Of a stretch of 64,000 nucleotides of DNA, positions 27,369-37,553 are shown piece after piece; position 1 is the first letter of the stretch, and each line of letters starts with the position of its first letter. A model generated the notes under the pieces. It had not been told where the DNA came from. It searched no databases and saw only the letters and a list, made by a program, of their open reading frames with translations. Source of the stretch: Planctomycetia bacterium. Lineage in GTDB: Bacteria > Planctomycetota > Planctomycetia > Pirellulales > UBA1268. The stretch is from positions 24,147 to 88,146 of the forward strand of contig JAIOPD010000106.1 in the NCBI GenBank assembly GCA_021414115.1, read 5' to 3'. Both the position numbers and the translations under genes were made by a program.

Positions 27369-27848
27369 TCACTCGGTCTTCGGTTCCTCGGCGGCCGCCG
27401 CGTCTCCAGCGGGCTCTGCCGTCACTTCGGCAACCGCTTCAACGGCCACGGCTTCGGCTGCTGCCGCCTCGATGGCGGCGACGGCTTCGGAACCCGGAGC
27501 AGGCTTGGGCGTGGGCACGAATGCCGGCTCGCCCGGCTCGGGAATGATCCGCGGCATCGCGAGCTTGGCGCGGGCGATTTCCATCTGCTTGAGATGCGTG
27601 CCATTGGTGCCGTACTTCTTGATCAACACGCGGACGGCGTCACTCGGCTGGGCGCCGACGGAGAGCCAGTAGTCGACGCGGGGGCCGACGAGCGTGCAGC
27701 GGGCATCGGTCTCGGGCACGTGCGGATCGTAGGTGCCGAGTTCTTCGATGACGCGTCCATCGCGGGGGTTGCGCCGGTCGGTCGCGCAGATGCGGTAATA
27801 CTCGCGGTTCTTCCGGCCCATCCGCTTCATTCGAATTGCCACTGCCAC
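27369..27848 (-). CDS. rpsP: 30S ribosomal protein S16 with about 75-aa Ala/Glu/Pro-rich C-terminal extension
   Basis: GTG start gives (M)[41 protein letters not shown]. Confidence 0.95.
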   Translation of the reverse strand: MAVAIRMKRMGRKNREYYRICATDRRNPRDGRVIEELGTYDPHVPETDARCTLVGPRVDYWLSVGAQPSDAVRVLIKKYGTNGTHLKQMEIARAKLAMPRIIPEPGEPAFVPTPKPAPGSEAVAAIEAAAAEAVAVEAVAEVTAEPAGDAAAAEEPKTE

Positions 27849-28105
27849 GGTCGGGAATCTCCAGGAACTACAGGGGAGCTGTTTCGGGGGGTGAATCGAG
27901 CCCCTTATGGTATCCGACGGCCGGCCGAACCCAAGGGCGCCCCCGCCAGCCCTGTTTTTCGGTCAAAACCTGCTGAACGCATGCGGGAAAATCGGATTGA
28001 AGCGTGTCGGCGGCACGTTCCCCGGACGTGAGCAGCAGCTGGCGGATGCTGCCCCACGCCTGCAACGTCACGACGGCGTGGCAGGCGTGCCGCCAGTGCC
28101 CGGCG

Positions 28106-29593
28106 TCAGTCGCGGTCGCCCCGCTTCTTGCGGCGGGCTTCCTTGTCGCGCTGCTTCTTGAGCTTCCGCCGCTCGTCGGCGGTGAGCCGCTTGCCGGTGT
28201 CACCCTTGGGCCTGCCGATCCGGGCCGATGGGTTCGACATCTGGGCCTGGAGCTGCTGGACCTGCTGCATCCGTTCCCGCATGCCCAGGCCCGCCATGCC
28301 CTTCATCATCGCGCTCATGCCGTCGAACTGCTTCACGAGGTCGCTCACCTCGTGGGCCTCGACGCCCGCCCCGGCCGCGATGCGGCGGCGGCGGGATTGA
28401 TCGACGAACCGCGAGGGATTCCGCCGCTCCTCGGGCGTCATCGAGTCGATGATCCCGAACAGCCGGTTCATGTCCTTCTCGAGATCGGCACCGCCGAGCA
28501 TCTCCTGCATGCCCCCCATGCCCGGGATCATGCCGAGCACCTTGCCCAGCGGGCCGAGCCGCCGCGTCTGGAGGAGCATCTTCTTGAAGTCGTCGAGCGT
28601 GAACTCGCCCGCCTTGAGCCGCTCCTCCTGCCGCTTCATCTCGTCTTGATCGAACTTCCGCTGCGCCTCCTCGACGAGCGAGACGACGTCGCCCATGCCG
28701 AGGATCCGCCCCGCCATCCGCTCGGGATGAAAGTCTTCGAGGGCCTCGATCTGTTCGCCAGTGCCGATGAACTTGATCGGCACGCCCGTCACGCTCTTGA
28801 CCGAGAGCGCGGCGCCGCCACGGGCGTCGCCGTCGAGCTTCGTCATGATCACGCCGTCGAGCTCGAGGGCGTCGTTGAAGGCCTTGGCGCTTTTGACCGC
28901 ATCCTGACCCGTCATCGCGTCGACGACGAGGTAGACCTGATCCGGGCCCACCGTGCGGTCGATCTTCGCAAGCTCCCGCATCAGCTCTTCGTCGATCGCC
29001 AGCCGGCCGGCGGTGTCGAGGATGACGACGGAGATATGCTCTTTCTTGGCGCGGGCCACGCCGGCGTTGCAGACGGCCACCGGATCGGTGCCCCCGGTGG
29101 GCATGTCGGCCGGCGTGTGCACCGGCACGCCGAGCTGCCGGCCGAGCACGGCGAGCTGCTCGATGGCCGCGGGACGCTGCAGGTCGGCCGCCACGAGCAT
29201 CACGCCCAGCCCCTGCTCCTTGATCTTCTTGGCGAGCTTGGCGCAGGAGGTCGTCTTGCCCGAGCCCTGCAGTCCGCAGAGCATCAGGACCGTCGTGGTG
29301 CCCGCCTGGAGATGGAGCGAGTGGTCGACCGGCCCCATCAGGCCGATGAGCTCCTGATGCACGATGCCGACGAGTTGCTGCGCCGGATCGAGCGACTCAA
29401 GCACCTTCGCGCCGACCGCGCCGTCGGCGACGCGGTTCAGAAATCCGTCGGCGACGTCATAGGCGACGTCGGCTTCGAGGAGGGCGGTTCGCACCGCCCC
29501 CAAGCCCTCCCGCATGTTGGCGTCGGTGAGCTTACCGCGGCCGCGGAGAGAGTTGATGGCGGACGAAAGGGACGCGGTCAGCGACTCGAACAT
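28106..29593 (-). CDS. ffh: signal recognition particle protein Ffh
   Basis: Trimmed to ATG at 29593 ([18 protein letters not shown]...). [24 protein letters not shown] and the Met-rich M domain [12 protein letters not shown]. Confidence 0.95.
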   Translation of the reverse strand: MFESLTASLSSAINSLRGRGKLTDANMREGLGAVRTALLEADVAYDVADGFLNRVADGAVGAKVLESLDPAQQLVGIVHQELIGLMGPVDHSLHLQAGTTTVLMLCGLQGSGKTTSCAKLAKKIKEQGLGVMLVAADLQRPAAIEQLAVLGRQLGVPVHTPADMPTGGTDPVAVCNAGVARAKKEHISVVILDTAGRLAIDEELMRELAKIDRTVGPDQVYLVVDAMTGQDAVKSAKAFNDALELDGVIMTKLDGDARGGAALSVKSVTGVPIKFIGTGEQIEALEDFHPERMAGRILGMGDVVSLVEEAQRKFDQDEMKRQEERLKAGEFTLDDFKKMLLQTRRLGPLGKVLGMIPGMGGMQEMLGGADLEKDMNRLFGIIDSMTPEERRNPSRFVDQSRRRRIAAGAGVEAHEVSDLVKQFDGMSAMMKGMAGLGMRERMQQVQQLQAQMSNPSARIGRPKGDTGKRLTADERRKLKKQRDKEARRKKRGDRD

Positions 29594-29793
29594 GGCGGCT
29601 CCGGGTTGGCGAGCCGGCGAGTATACCGCCCGGGAAAACGCGATCTCCCCCCGGTGACGAGCCGCTCGAATCAGGAGCGGACACACAGCGTGCCGCATAC
29701 CTGACGCGTGGCCGGCGTGAACGGCGCGTCACCGGAGGGAGAAAGGGATGGAGGCACGGCGGCGGCCCCTCCGGCCGCCGTCGCGGAAGCGGA

Positions 29794-30084
29794 TCAGCTG
29801 AAGGTGCCCGGCTGGCCGACGACTGGCACCGGCATCGACATGCCCCCTTCGCCACCCTCGCAGCAGGGTGCCGCGGAACCGCAGGCGGGGCCGCAGGCAG
29901 GTTCGCAGGCCGGCGCACAGACCGGAGCAGGGGCCGCACAGGGTGCGGCAGCAGGCGACCCGCACGAGCGGAACTCCATGAACGACGGCCGGCGGCAACT
30001 GCTCCCGCCGCCCATGCAACTGCTGCAGCCCGGGGCCACCGCGAGGCTCACCACCGCGATCATCAGACACAACGCACGAGCCAT
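29794..30084 (-). CDS. small Cys/Pro/Ala-rich lipoprotein (96 aa from the ATG)
   Basis: MARALCLMIAVVSLAVAPGC lipobox, then 13 further Cys in CxxC/CxxxC spacing (CAAPAPVCAPACEPACGPACGSAAPCCEGGEGGMSMPVPV). The track start at 30102 is a GTG 6 codons upstream. Confidence 0.5.
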   Translation of the reverse strand: MARALCLMIAVVSLAVAPGCSSCMGGGSSCRRPSFMEFRSCGSPAAAPCAAPAPVCAPACEPACGPACGSAAPCCEGGEGGMSMPVPVVGQPGTFS

Positions 30085-30402
30085 GGGAATGATCTCCGAC
30101 ACAGATCAGACGGGGCAGGCGGGCGGCAGCCTCGCTTGCGGCGTCGTCATCGACGCCACCAAAACCCTACCTCATGTTCACGCCTCGGGATGACGATCTC
30201 ACGATTTTTTTCCGCGCTTCCACGACCGGCGGTGCGGTGGTTCCGTGACCGACGGTCATGCGGATCGTGCGGGCCGATGGCGATGATTCCGACTGCGAAA
30301 GATGGCGCGACATCCGGTGCTAGAGTTGCAGCACGACCTCCAGCGGCAACTCATCTCATGACCATGACATCACGCCCCTCGTTCACGACCTCCCGCTCCG
30401 CC

Positions 30403-31383
30403 ATGAACCGCCTCTCGATCCTGTCAGTCCGCCATCTCGTCCCTGCGTTCACCGCGTTCGCCGCACTCGCCGCTGCGTTCACGGCGGGCGTTCGGGCGGA
30501 CGCCGTCGCGGAAGTCTGCCCCGCCGCCACCTGCGCCGGCGAGGATGTCTGGCTGGTGAGCACGCGGCGGTTGCCCGGCATCTGCCGCCTACCCGCGCGG
30601 GCGGTGTTCGACGTCGAGCAGCGCTGCGGCGGCAGGTGGGAGCGGTCGGACCTCGCGAGCCTGCTCGACGATCCGTCCCGGCCGCTGGTGATCTTCATCC
30701 ACGGCAACCGCTACGAGCCCCACGACGCCAAGGCACAGGGCGTGACGATCGCCCGACAGGTCGCGGCCGTGTGTCCTGGCGCCGCGGCCCGGACCGTGAT
30801 CTTCTCCTGGCCGAGCCAGCAGCAGGGCCACATCATTCAGTCGAGCCGCGAGACCTACCGGCGGTCGTATGCCGACGGCCATTACCTGGCGTGGCTGCTG
30901 GGGCAGGTTGATCCGGTGCAGCCCGTCGCCATCGTCGGCTACAGCTTCGGCGCGACGATCGCCGTCGGGGCGATCGAAGACCTGATGCAGTCTGGCGACC
31001 GGCCGTCCTCCGGCCTCGCCCAGTGGGCCGGCAGGCCCGGCCGCTCGCACCTCGTGCTCGTGGCGCCGGCGGTGCGATCCGACGCGCTCGCTCCCCGAGG
31101 ACCCTATGCCCCGGCCGTCGCCGGCATCGACCGACTCACGCTCGTGATCAACTCCCGCGACCTGGCATTGCGGCTCTTCCCCCACCTCGATCGCGCGGAC
31201 GGGGCTGATGCGCTCGGGGCCGTGGGCATGCCCCGCCGCTGGTTGCCGGGATCGGTCGAGTTCACGGCGACCGACGCGGCGTCGATCGTCGGGAAGCGGC
31301 ACGCCCTGCCGCTATATCTGGAGTCGCCAACGCTCGTGCGACGGATCGCCTCCGGAGCCATCTCCGGCCTGACGGGCGAATGA
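30403..31383 (+). CDS. secreted alpha/beta hydrolase, DUF900-like
   Basis: ATG at 30403 (MNRLSILSVRHLVPAFTAFAALAAA...; 30358 is possible). LVIFIHGNRYE, FSWPS and the nucleophile elbow GYSFG. Confidence 0.55.
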   Translation: MNRLSILSVRHLVPAFTAFAALAAAFTAGVRADAVAEVCPAATCAGEDVWLVSTRRLPGICRLPARAVFDVEQRCGGRWERSDLASLLDDPSRPLVIFIHGNRYEPHDAKAQGVTIARQVAAVCPGAAARTVIFSWPSQQQGHIIQSSRETYRRSYADGHYLAWLLGQVDPVQPVAIVGYSFGATIAVGAIEDLMQSGDRPSSGLAQWAGRPGRSHLVLVAPAVRSDALAPRGPYAPAVAGIDRLTLVINSRDLALRLFPHLDRADGADALGAVGMPRRWLPGSVEFTATDAASIVGKRHALPLYLESPTLVRRIASGAISGLTGE

Positions 31384-31405
31384 GGCTTGCGCGGGGCGAG
31401 TGACC

Positions 31406-32416
31406 TCAGGCCGCGCGGCGTGAGGCGGGCTGCTCCGCGAGTCGGGCCTCGACCATCATGCGGACGACGTCGGGCATCGCGTGCCGGGCGGTCCAGCCGA
31501 GCCGCTCCGTGGCCCGGGAGGTGTTCGCCCGGCCCCAGTCGATTTCGGTGGGACGCACGAGTTTCGGGTCGCGGATCACATGCCGTCGCCAGTCGAGGCC
31601 GACGGCGGTGAAGGCCGCCGCCACGAACTCCTCGAGGGAATACGTCTTGCCGGTGGCGATCACAAAATCGTCGAGCTCATCGAGCTGCAGCATGCGATGC
31701 ATCGCCACCACGTACTCCGGCGCCCAGCCCCAGTCGCGATGCACGGACAGGTCGCCGAGGGACAGCGTCTGCTGCTCGCCCCGGGCGATGCGACAGGCGG
31801 CCGCCACGATCTTCTGGGTCACGAATCGCTCGGGCCGCAGCGGGCTTTCGTGATTGAAGAGGATGCCGGTCGCCGCCTTGAGGCCATAGGCCTCGCGATA
31901 CTGCGCGATCTGCCAGAACGCGGTCGCCTTGGCGATGCCATAGGGGCTCCGCGGCTTGAGCACCGTCCGTTCGTCGGCGGGCGTGTCGCCGGAGTTGCCG
32001 AACATCTCCGAACTGCCGGCACTGTAGAGGCGGATCGGCCGCCCCGACATGCGGATCGCCTCGAGCAGGTTGATCGTGCCGACCACGATGCTCTCGAATG
32101 TCTCGACCGGCTGGTCGAACGACAGGCCGACGGAGGACTGGCCGGCGAGGTTATAGATTTCGTCGGGCTCCGACCGAGTGAGGGCCTGGAACGTCGAGCG
32201 GAAGTCCAGCGGCGACATCGACACGAGCGTCACGCGGTCGCGGATGCCGAGACGGTCGAGCCCTGTGAACTGCCCGGCCTGCGCATCACGGCTCGTGCCC
32301 ACGACCGTGTAGCCGAGAGCGAGCAGATGCTCTGCGAGGTAGCCGCCGTCCTGCCCGCCGATGCCGCAGATGAGCGCGGTGCGGCCGGTGGGAGCGGGGG
32401 TCTGGGGGGAGTTCAT
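31406..32416 (-). CDS. gmd: GDP-mannose 4,6-dehydratase
   Basis: ALICGIGGQDGGYLAEHLL, EIYNLAGQSSV, SPYGIAKATAFW, LFNHESPLRPERFVTQKI. Confidence 0.9.
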   Translation of the reverse strand: MNSPQTPAPTGRTALICGIGGQDGGYLAEHLLALGYTVVGTSRDAQAGQFTGLDRLGIRDRVTLVSMSPLDFRSTFQALTRSEPDEIYNLAGQSSVGLSFDQPVETFESIVVGTINLLEAIRMSGRPIRLYSAGSSEMFGNSGDTPADERTVLKPRSPYGIAKATAFWQIAQYREAYGLKAATGILFNHESPLRPERFVTQKIVAAACRIARGEQQTLSLGDLSVHRDWGWAPEYVVAMHRMLQLDELDDFVIATGKTYSLEEFVAAAFTAVGLDWRRHVIRDPKLVRPTEIDWGRANTSRATERLGWTARHAMPDVVRMMVEARLAEQPASRRAA

Positions 32417-32462
32417 CGGGCGGGACGATAGCAGCCCCCGCCGTCCCGCGGAACGCCACCTT

Positions 32463-33428
32463 TCACGCCCGTTTTGCGAACCACGCGGCCGTCAGGGCGA
32501 TGCCCTCGATCAGGGGCACTGTCGGCTTCCAGCCGAGCACCCGGCCGGCCAGGGCAGCATCGACGAGGTTCGATCGCAGGTCGCCGGGCCGGGCCGGGCC
32601 GTGGAGCGGCAGGGGCAGTGGTTTGCCGCTCCCGCGTTCAGTCGCCGCCACCGCCTGCCGGATCAGTGCCTCGAGCTCGACGACATCGGTGCCGACTCCG
32701 GTGCCGATGTTGAGGCTCGTGAGCGTCCCGGGCATGCAGCGGGACGATGGGTCGAGCAGGGCGAGCACGTTGGCCCGGGCGACGTCGGGGCCATAGACAT
32801 AGTCGCGGACGTAGCGGCCGTCACCGTTGATGGTCGCGGGTTCACCGGCGAGCAGCTTCTTGGAGAAGATGGCCACCACGCCCGCCTCGCCGTGGGGATT
32901 CTGCCGGGGCCCGTAGACATTGGAATAGCGGAGGGCCACCGCGGTGATCCCGTGCTCGGCCGCGTAAAAGGAGAGATAGCGTTCGCCGACCCACTTCGTG
33001 ATGCCGTAGGGGCTCACCGGATTGGCCGGCGTCGACTCCGGCGCGGGCGTCGTGACGTCGCCATAGAGCACGCCGCCGCTGGAGGCAAACACGACCCGCC
33101 GGCAGCCCACGCGGACGGCCGCATCGAGGACGTTGATCAGGCCGATGCAGTTGACGTGCGCATCGAAGAGAGGCTCGCGGACCGAGCGACTCACCGACAT
33201 CTGCGCCGCCTGGTGGCAGACCGCGTCGGGCTTCTCCGCCGCGATCACGCCGGCCACCGCGGCCGTGTCGACGATGTCGACCATGTGCAGCGGCACCGTC
33301 GCCGGGAGATTGTCGCGGGAGCCGCTCGACAGATCGTCGATCACGGCCACGGCGTGGCCCTCGAGCAGGAGCGCGTCGACGATGTGGCTGCCGATGAATC
33401 CCGCGCCTCCGGTCACCAGGATTTTCAT
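32463..33428 (-). CDS. NAD-dependent sugar epimerase/reductase (SDR family; GalE- or Rmd-like)
   Basis: Trimmed to ATG at 33428 (MKILVTGGAGFIGSHIVD...). YxxxK in SPYGITKWVGE. Adjacent to gmd, so it could be the 4-keto reductase or epimerase of a GDP-6-deoxyhexose path; that role is an inference. Confidence 0.85.
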   Translation of the reverse strand: MKILVTGGAGFIGSHIVDALLLEGHAVAVIDDLSSGSRDNLPATVPLHMVDIVDTAAVAGVIAAEKPDAVCHQAAQMSVSRSVREPLFDAHVNCIGLINVLDAAVRVGCRRVVFASSGGVLYGDVTTPAPESTPANPVSPYGITKWVGERYLSFYAAEHGITAVALRYSNVYGPRQNPHGEAGVVAIFSKKLLAGEPATINGDGRYVRDYVYGPDVARANVLALLDPSSRCMPGTLTSLNIGTGVGTDVVELEALIRQAVAATERGSGKPLPLPLHGPARPGDLRSNLVDAALAGRVLGWKPTVPLIEGIALTAAWFAKRA

Positions 33429-33495
33429 GTCGGATGGTTCTGCGGGGTATGGCCGGGTTTCGAGACCGCCCGGTAGCATACTTCCGTCTTCCGCC

Positions 33496-34254
33496 ATGGA
33501 CGCTGACGACTTCCGCGATTTCCCTCCCATGATTCTCATCCAGCAGCGGTACACGTCTCCCGACCCCCGCCGCGAGGCGGAGCTGCAGCGGGTTCGCGAG
33601 GCCAACGCGGTCGCCGGCCTCTTCGACCACGTCGAACTCGTCGATCCCGGCGCGAGCCGTCTGTCGTTCAGCGACTTCTTTCGCCTGGCGGCGGAGCGGT
33701 TTTCCGGACGCACCTGCGTGATCGCCAACAGCGACATTGCGTTCGACGCGTCGATCGGCATGGCCGACTCGATCCTCGCCGCCGCCGGGCCTCTGCTCGT
33801 GGCGCTCACCCGGTGGGACGATGAGGTGGCGCCGTCGATGGAGGGACGTGTCGATCCCGACAGCTGGACCTTCTATTCCCATTCGCAGGACGCTTGGGTG
33901 TTCGTCGCCGGCCGGCTGCCGCCGTTCGAGAGCGGCTTCCGTCTCGGCATTCCGGCCTGCGAGAACCGGCTCGCCTATGAGGCGGCGGCAGCCGGGATCG
34001 CCGTCGTCAATCCGGCGCTCGCGATCCGTTGCCGTCACCATCACGCCTCGGCGGTCCGCACCTGGACCGAGCGCGACGCCTACCGTGGGCCCCTGCTCTT
34101 TCCGAGGCTCACGACTGCCGACGTCGGCGACCGCGCGGCGCTGGTGGTCGACCGCACGGGCTGGCGACCGCGGAAGTGGGCCGTCCGTCAGGTTGGAGAC
34201 TTCGCAGCGGAGGTTCGGGAAGGGGGGCGGAGGTCGCCGACGAGAAAAAATTGA
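33496..34254 (+). CDS. hypothetical protein, possibly glycosyltransferase-like
   Basis: Trimmed to ATG at 33496 (MDADDFRDFPPMILIQQRY...; 33529 is possible). Balanced composition, an IANSDIAFD acidic motif and SQDAWVF...GIPACENRLAYEAAAAGIAVVNP. No family confidently recognised. Confidence 0.45.
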   Translation: MDADDFRDFPPMILIQQRYTSPDPRREAELQRVREANAVAGLFDHVELVDPGASRLSFSDFFRLAAERFSGRTCVIANSDIAFDASIGMADSILAAAGPLLVALTRWDDEVAPSMEGRVDPDSWTFYSHSQDAWVFVAGRLPPFESGFRLGIPACENRLAYEAAAAGIAVVNPALAIRCRHHHASAVRTWTERDAYRGPLLFPRLTTADVGDRAALVVDRTGWRPRKWAVRQVGDFAAEVREGGRRSPTRKN

Positions 34255-34300
34255 CCCCGGGCCGCAGCGGCGTAGTCTGGTGCTCGGTACCGAGGCCGCC

Positions 34301-35158
34301 ATGAACGATGCACCCGCCGTCCGCAGCGACATCACCTCCCGTAAGCCCCGAGGCTTCAGCCTTGTGGAGTTGCTGGTCGTGGTCGGAATCATCGGCACGC
34401 TCCTCGCGCTGGTGCTGCCCGCGGTGCAGCGGGTCCGCGAGGCGGCGCGACGCACGCATTGTGGCTCGAATCTCAGTTCGATGGGCGTGGCGCTCGCCGC
34501 CTACGAGTCGGCCCGCCGCGAGTTTCCCCCCGGGAGCGATGCCGCCACGGGACGGAACCACGCCTGGTCGTCGTTCATCCTTCCCTTTCTCGATGCCGAG
34601 ACCGTCGCCCGCCGAGTTGACTATGCCCAGCCCTGGAACGCGGATGGGGGCAATTCAGAGATCGCCGACACGATCCTGCCGACCTATGTCTGCCCGTCCG
34701 GCATCCGCATGTTTCCCGGGAAGCAGGATTACGGCGGCGTGCTCGGCGTCGGTATCTCGCTCGATCCCGCACGACCCCTGCCACCAGGCTGGGATAGCGC
34801 CGGCGTGCTGCGTGCCACCGCTGCCGAACGTCCCCGGCCCGTCCGCGCGGCGATGATCACCGATGGCCTGACGCACACGCTGACCGTGTCGGAGGGTGTC
34901 GATCGGGGGTTTGCCGAGATGGATGGTGAGTCGCGGATCGGCAACAGCCGGTGGGCCTGCGGCACCAACTGTTTTCTGCTCAGTTCACGGGTGCTCAACA
35001 CCCCTGACGTCGATGGCTTTCGGAGTCATCATCTCGGCGGAGTGCACGGTCTGTTTGCCGATGGACGCGTTGCCTTCATGGGCGACGACACGCCTCCCGA
35101 ACTCCTGACGGCCGCGTGTACCAAGGACGGCGGGGAGCCAGCCGGCAACATTCCCTAG
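34301..35158 (+). CDS. DUF1559 family protein with prepilin-type N-terminal cleavage/methylation segment
   Basis: Trimmed to ATG at 34301. RGFSLVELLVVVGIIGTLLALVLPAVQRVREAARRTHCGSNL and the C-terminal HHLGGVHGLFADGRVAFM motif are typical of planctomycete DUF1559 proteins. Confidence 0.85.
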   Translation: MNDAPAVRSDITSRKPRGFSLVELLVVVGIIGTLLALVLPAVQRVREAARRTHCGSNLSSMGVALAAYESARREFPPGSDAATGRNHAWSSFILPFLDAETVARRVDYAQPWNADGGNSEIADTILPTYVCPSGIRMFPGKQDYGGVLGVGISLDPARPLPPGWDSAGVLRATAAERPRPVRAAMITDGLTHTLTVSEGVDRGFAEMDGESRIGNSRWACGTNCFLLSSRVLNTPDVDGFRSHHLGGVHGLFADGRVAFMGDDTPPELLTAACTKDGGEPAGNIP

Positions 35159-35327
35159 ACATCCCAGTCGGAAGAACGCGACTTTTCGCCGCATTTTCCC
35201 CAGACTTTGCGTGACGTGCCCCGTCCGGTAGCATTTTAAGGTGTCTCTCGTCTCGACGAGTGCTCTTCAGACTCCTCGCAGTTGCCGCCGCGTCACTCCG
35301 ATTCATCCTTCAAGAAGGAACCTTCCG

Positions 35328-35711
35328 ATGATCCGTCGCCGTGTCATGATCGCCGTGGCCGCCGCGTGCTTGGTGCTCCCGCTTCCGGCATTCGCCGGTG
35401 GTGCCGGTGCGACGATTCCGGTCCGAATGAAGAACGTCGGCCGACAGTCGGTCGGCGTCAACGCGGTCTCCGGTGCGCCGTCGCCGTCGAAGCTGCTGAC
35501 CGGCGGCCGAAACATCTCCCCGAACGCGGTGTCGCAGTTCATGGTGAAGCGTGGTGCGTTCACCGCGGCTGCCGCGAAGCCGTCGGCGCCCTTGGTCGTC
35601 AACAAGGTGCGGAAGTTCGACACCCGCACGTTCAAGACGATCTATCTCTATGCATCGCAGGACGGCACGACGGCCACCCTGGTCGGCGCACCGGGCGGCG
35701 TGAAGTTCTGA
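35328..35711 (+). CDS. small secreted protein (127 aa), unknown function
   Basis: ATG at 35328 preceded by AAGGAA. Signal peptide MIRRRVMIAVAAACLVLPLPAFAGG. Beta-rich body. Confidence 0.45.
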   Translation: MIRRRVMIAVAAACLVLPLPAFAGGAGATIPVRMKNVGRQSVGVNAVSGAPSPSKLLTGGRNISPNAVSQFMVKRGAFTAAAAKPSAPLVVNKVRKFDTRTFKTIYLYASQDGTTATLVGAPGGVKF

Positions 35712-35955
35712 GCGGCCGGTTCTCTACGACCGTTTCTCAGGGCCCGTTTCTCCCCTTCGGTGTTCCCTCCCGGTGACCCGCATCGTCGCGACCGCCGCCG
35801 GCCGGCGGCGGGTCTTTGGCAGCAGCCTGCGCAGGCTGGGCTGTCTGGCTCGGCCCGCATGCCCGCCAAGGCGGTCATCGGGCTTGCGAGCGTAGGGCCC
35901 GGTGTGGGATAGCCCTTCGTTTTCGCTCCCCCCCGTTCACCACCGGCGCGATTGC

Positions 35956-36684
35956 ATGATCCGCATGCCCCGCTTCCTCCGTTCCACCGACCGGCCCCGC
36001 CGGCTGCCGTCGGACTTCGATCCCTGCGTGACGGCGGTCTGTCGCGAGGTCGCCCCGTTCACGATGACGAGCCCCGAGCGGATCGCGGCGCTCGTCGAGG
36101 CCGTGCGGTATGTCTCCCGTCACGCCATCGCCGGCGACGTCGTCGAATGCGGCGTGTGGCGAGGGGGAAGCATGCTGGCCGTCGCGCGGACGCTCCTGGA
36201 GCTCGGCGAGCGCCGCCGTCTGCACCTCTTCGACACATTCGACGGCATGCCTCCTCCCGGCGCGGAGGATCTCGACCTCAGGGGCGTCCACGCGGCCGAA
36301 CTCATGGCCGCCGAGGATCGGGAGACGGGCACCATCTGGGCGCGAAGCCCGCTGGAGGAGGTGCGTTGCAACGTGCTCGCCAGCGGTTATCCGCAGGCAG
36401 AGGTGCACTTCGTGCAGGGCCGCGTCGAGGAGACCGTGCCCGATCAGGCGCCCGACCGGATTGCGATCCTCCGCCTCGATACCGACTGGTACGAATCGAC
36501 GCGGCACGAGCTGGTGCATCTCTATCCGCGGCTCGCCGTCGGAGGCGTGCTGATCATCGATGACTACGGACACTGGCAGGGCGCGCGGCGAGCCGTCGAC
36601 GAGTATTTCTCGGAGAGCGGCGGCCGCATGCTCCTCAACCGCATCGACACCACGGGTCGGATCGGCGTGAAGATCGATCCCTGA
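35956..36684 (+). CDS. TylF/macrocin-type class I O-methyltransferase
   Basis: GDVVECGVWRGGSMLAVARTL...LHLFDTFDGMPPP...LRLDTDWYESTRHELVHLYPRLAVGGVLIIDDYGHWQGARRAVDEY. The start is ATG 35956 or 35965. Confidence 0.8.
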   Translation: MIRMPRFLRSTDRPRRLPSDFDPCVTAVCREVAPFTMTSPERIAALVEAVRYVSRHAIAGDVVECGVWRGGSMLAVARTLLELGERRRLHLFDTFDGMPPPGAEDLDLRGVHAAELMAAEDRETGTIWARSPLEEVRCNVLASGYPQAEVHFVQGRVEETVPDQAPDRIAILRLDTDWYESTRHELVHLYPRLAVGGVLIIDDYGHWQGARRAVDEYFSESGGRMLLNRIDTTGRIGVKIDP

Positions 36685-36722
36685 GGGCATCGCCCCGCGG
36701 AGCGGGGACGGGAAAAGACGGC

Positions 36723-37553
36723 ATGCTGCAGTTATCGTCGCTCGCGATGCGGGGCCGCCGGCCAACGGCCCGGGTGACGCCGCTGCTCAACCTCGGCTGC
36801 GGTCGCCGCCGCCATCCCGCCTGGACCAACGCCGACCTCGTCCCGTCCGCCGCCGACGTCTTGGCCGTTGATCTTCGCCGGCCGCTCCCCTTCGCAGCCG
36901 CTTCGTTCACGGCGGTCTACGCATCGCACGTGATCGAGCATCTGACGCCGGTCGATGCAGATCATCTGCTGCGCGAGGCGCATCGCGTCCTCGCGCCGGG
37001 GGGCATCGTGCGGATCGTGGTGCCAGACCTCGAGGGCATCGCGCGGGCCTATCTCGGCAGCCTCGAAGCGGCACCGGACGGCGGCCAAGAAGCCCGCTGG
37101 CGGCATCGATGGATGATCGTCGAACTGCTCGACCAGCTCGTCCGCGACCGCTCCGGCGGAAGCATGCGCCGCTGGTGGTCGTGCGATCCGATCCCGTGCC
37201 GTGACCTGATCGAGTCGCGGCTGGGCGCCGAGGCGACCGCTGCGATGACGGCGCTGGCCGCGGAGCGTGCCCGTGACGGCACGCCGCCGGCCGCTCCCGA
37301 TTCGATCCTCATGGCGGAGCCCGTGGCCGCCGGCGAGGCACTGCGGTTCGCCGCCCGCGGCGAGCGTCACCGGTGGATGTATGACCGCGTGTCGCTCGCC
37401 GACATGCTGGCCGCCGCCGGCTTCGCTGCGCCGCGCCGCGTCGGTCCCACCGAGTCGGCGATCCCGGGGTTCGCGGGGTATGAACTCGACGCCGACGCCC
37501 ATGCTCGACCGCACAAGCCCGACTCCCTCTTCATGGAAGCGGTGCGGCAATGA
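36723..37553 (+). CDS. SAM-dependent methyltransferase (type 11-like)
   Basis: LNLGCGRRRHPAWTNAD...SHVIEHL...LAPGGIVRIVVPD. The stop overlaps the next start by 4 nt. Confidence 0.7.
   Translation: MLQLSSLAMRGRRPTARVTPLLNLGCGRRRHPAWTNADLVPSAADVLAVDLRRPLPFAAASFTAVYASHVIEHLTPVDADHLLREAHRVLAPGGIVRIVVPDLEGIARAYLGSLEAAPDGGQEARWRHRWMIVELLDQLVRDRSGGSMRRWWSCDPIPCRDLIESRLGAEATAAMTALAAERARDGTPPAAPDSILMAEPVAAGEALRFAARGERHRWMYDRVSLADMLAAAGFAAPRRVGPTESAIPGFAGYELDADAHARPHKPDSLFMEAVRQ

Noticed and set aside
35823-35838. Perfect 16-bp palindrome CAGCCTGCGCAGGCTG upstream of the TylF methyltransferase gene
   Set aside because: About one such palindrome is expected by chance in 64 kb of GC-biased sequence. 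There is no second copy or partner motif.
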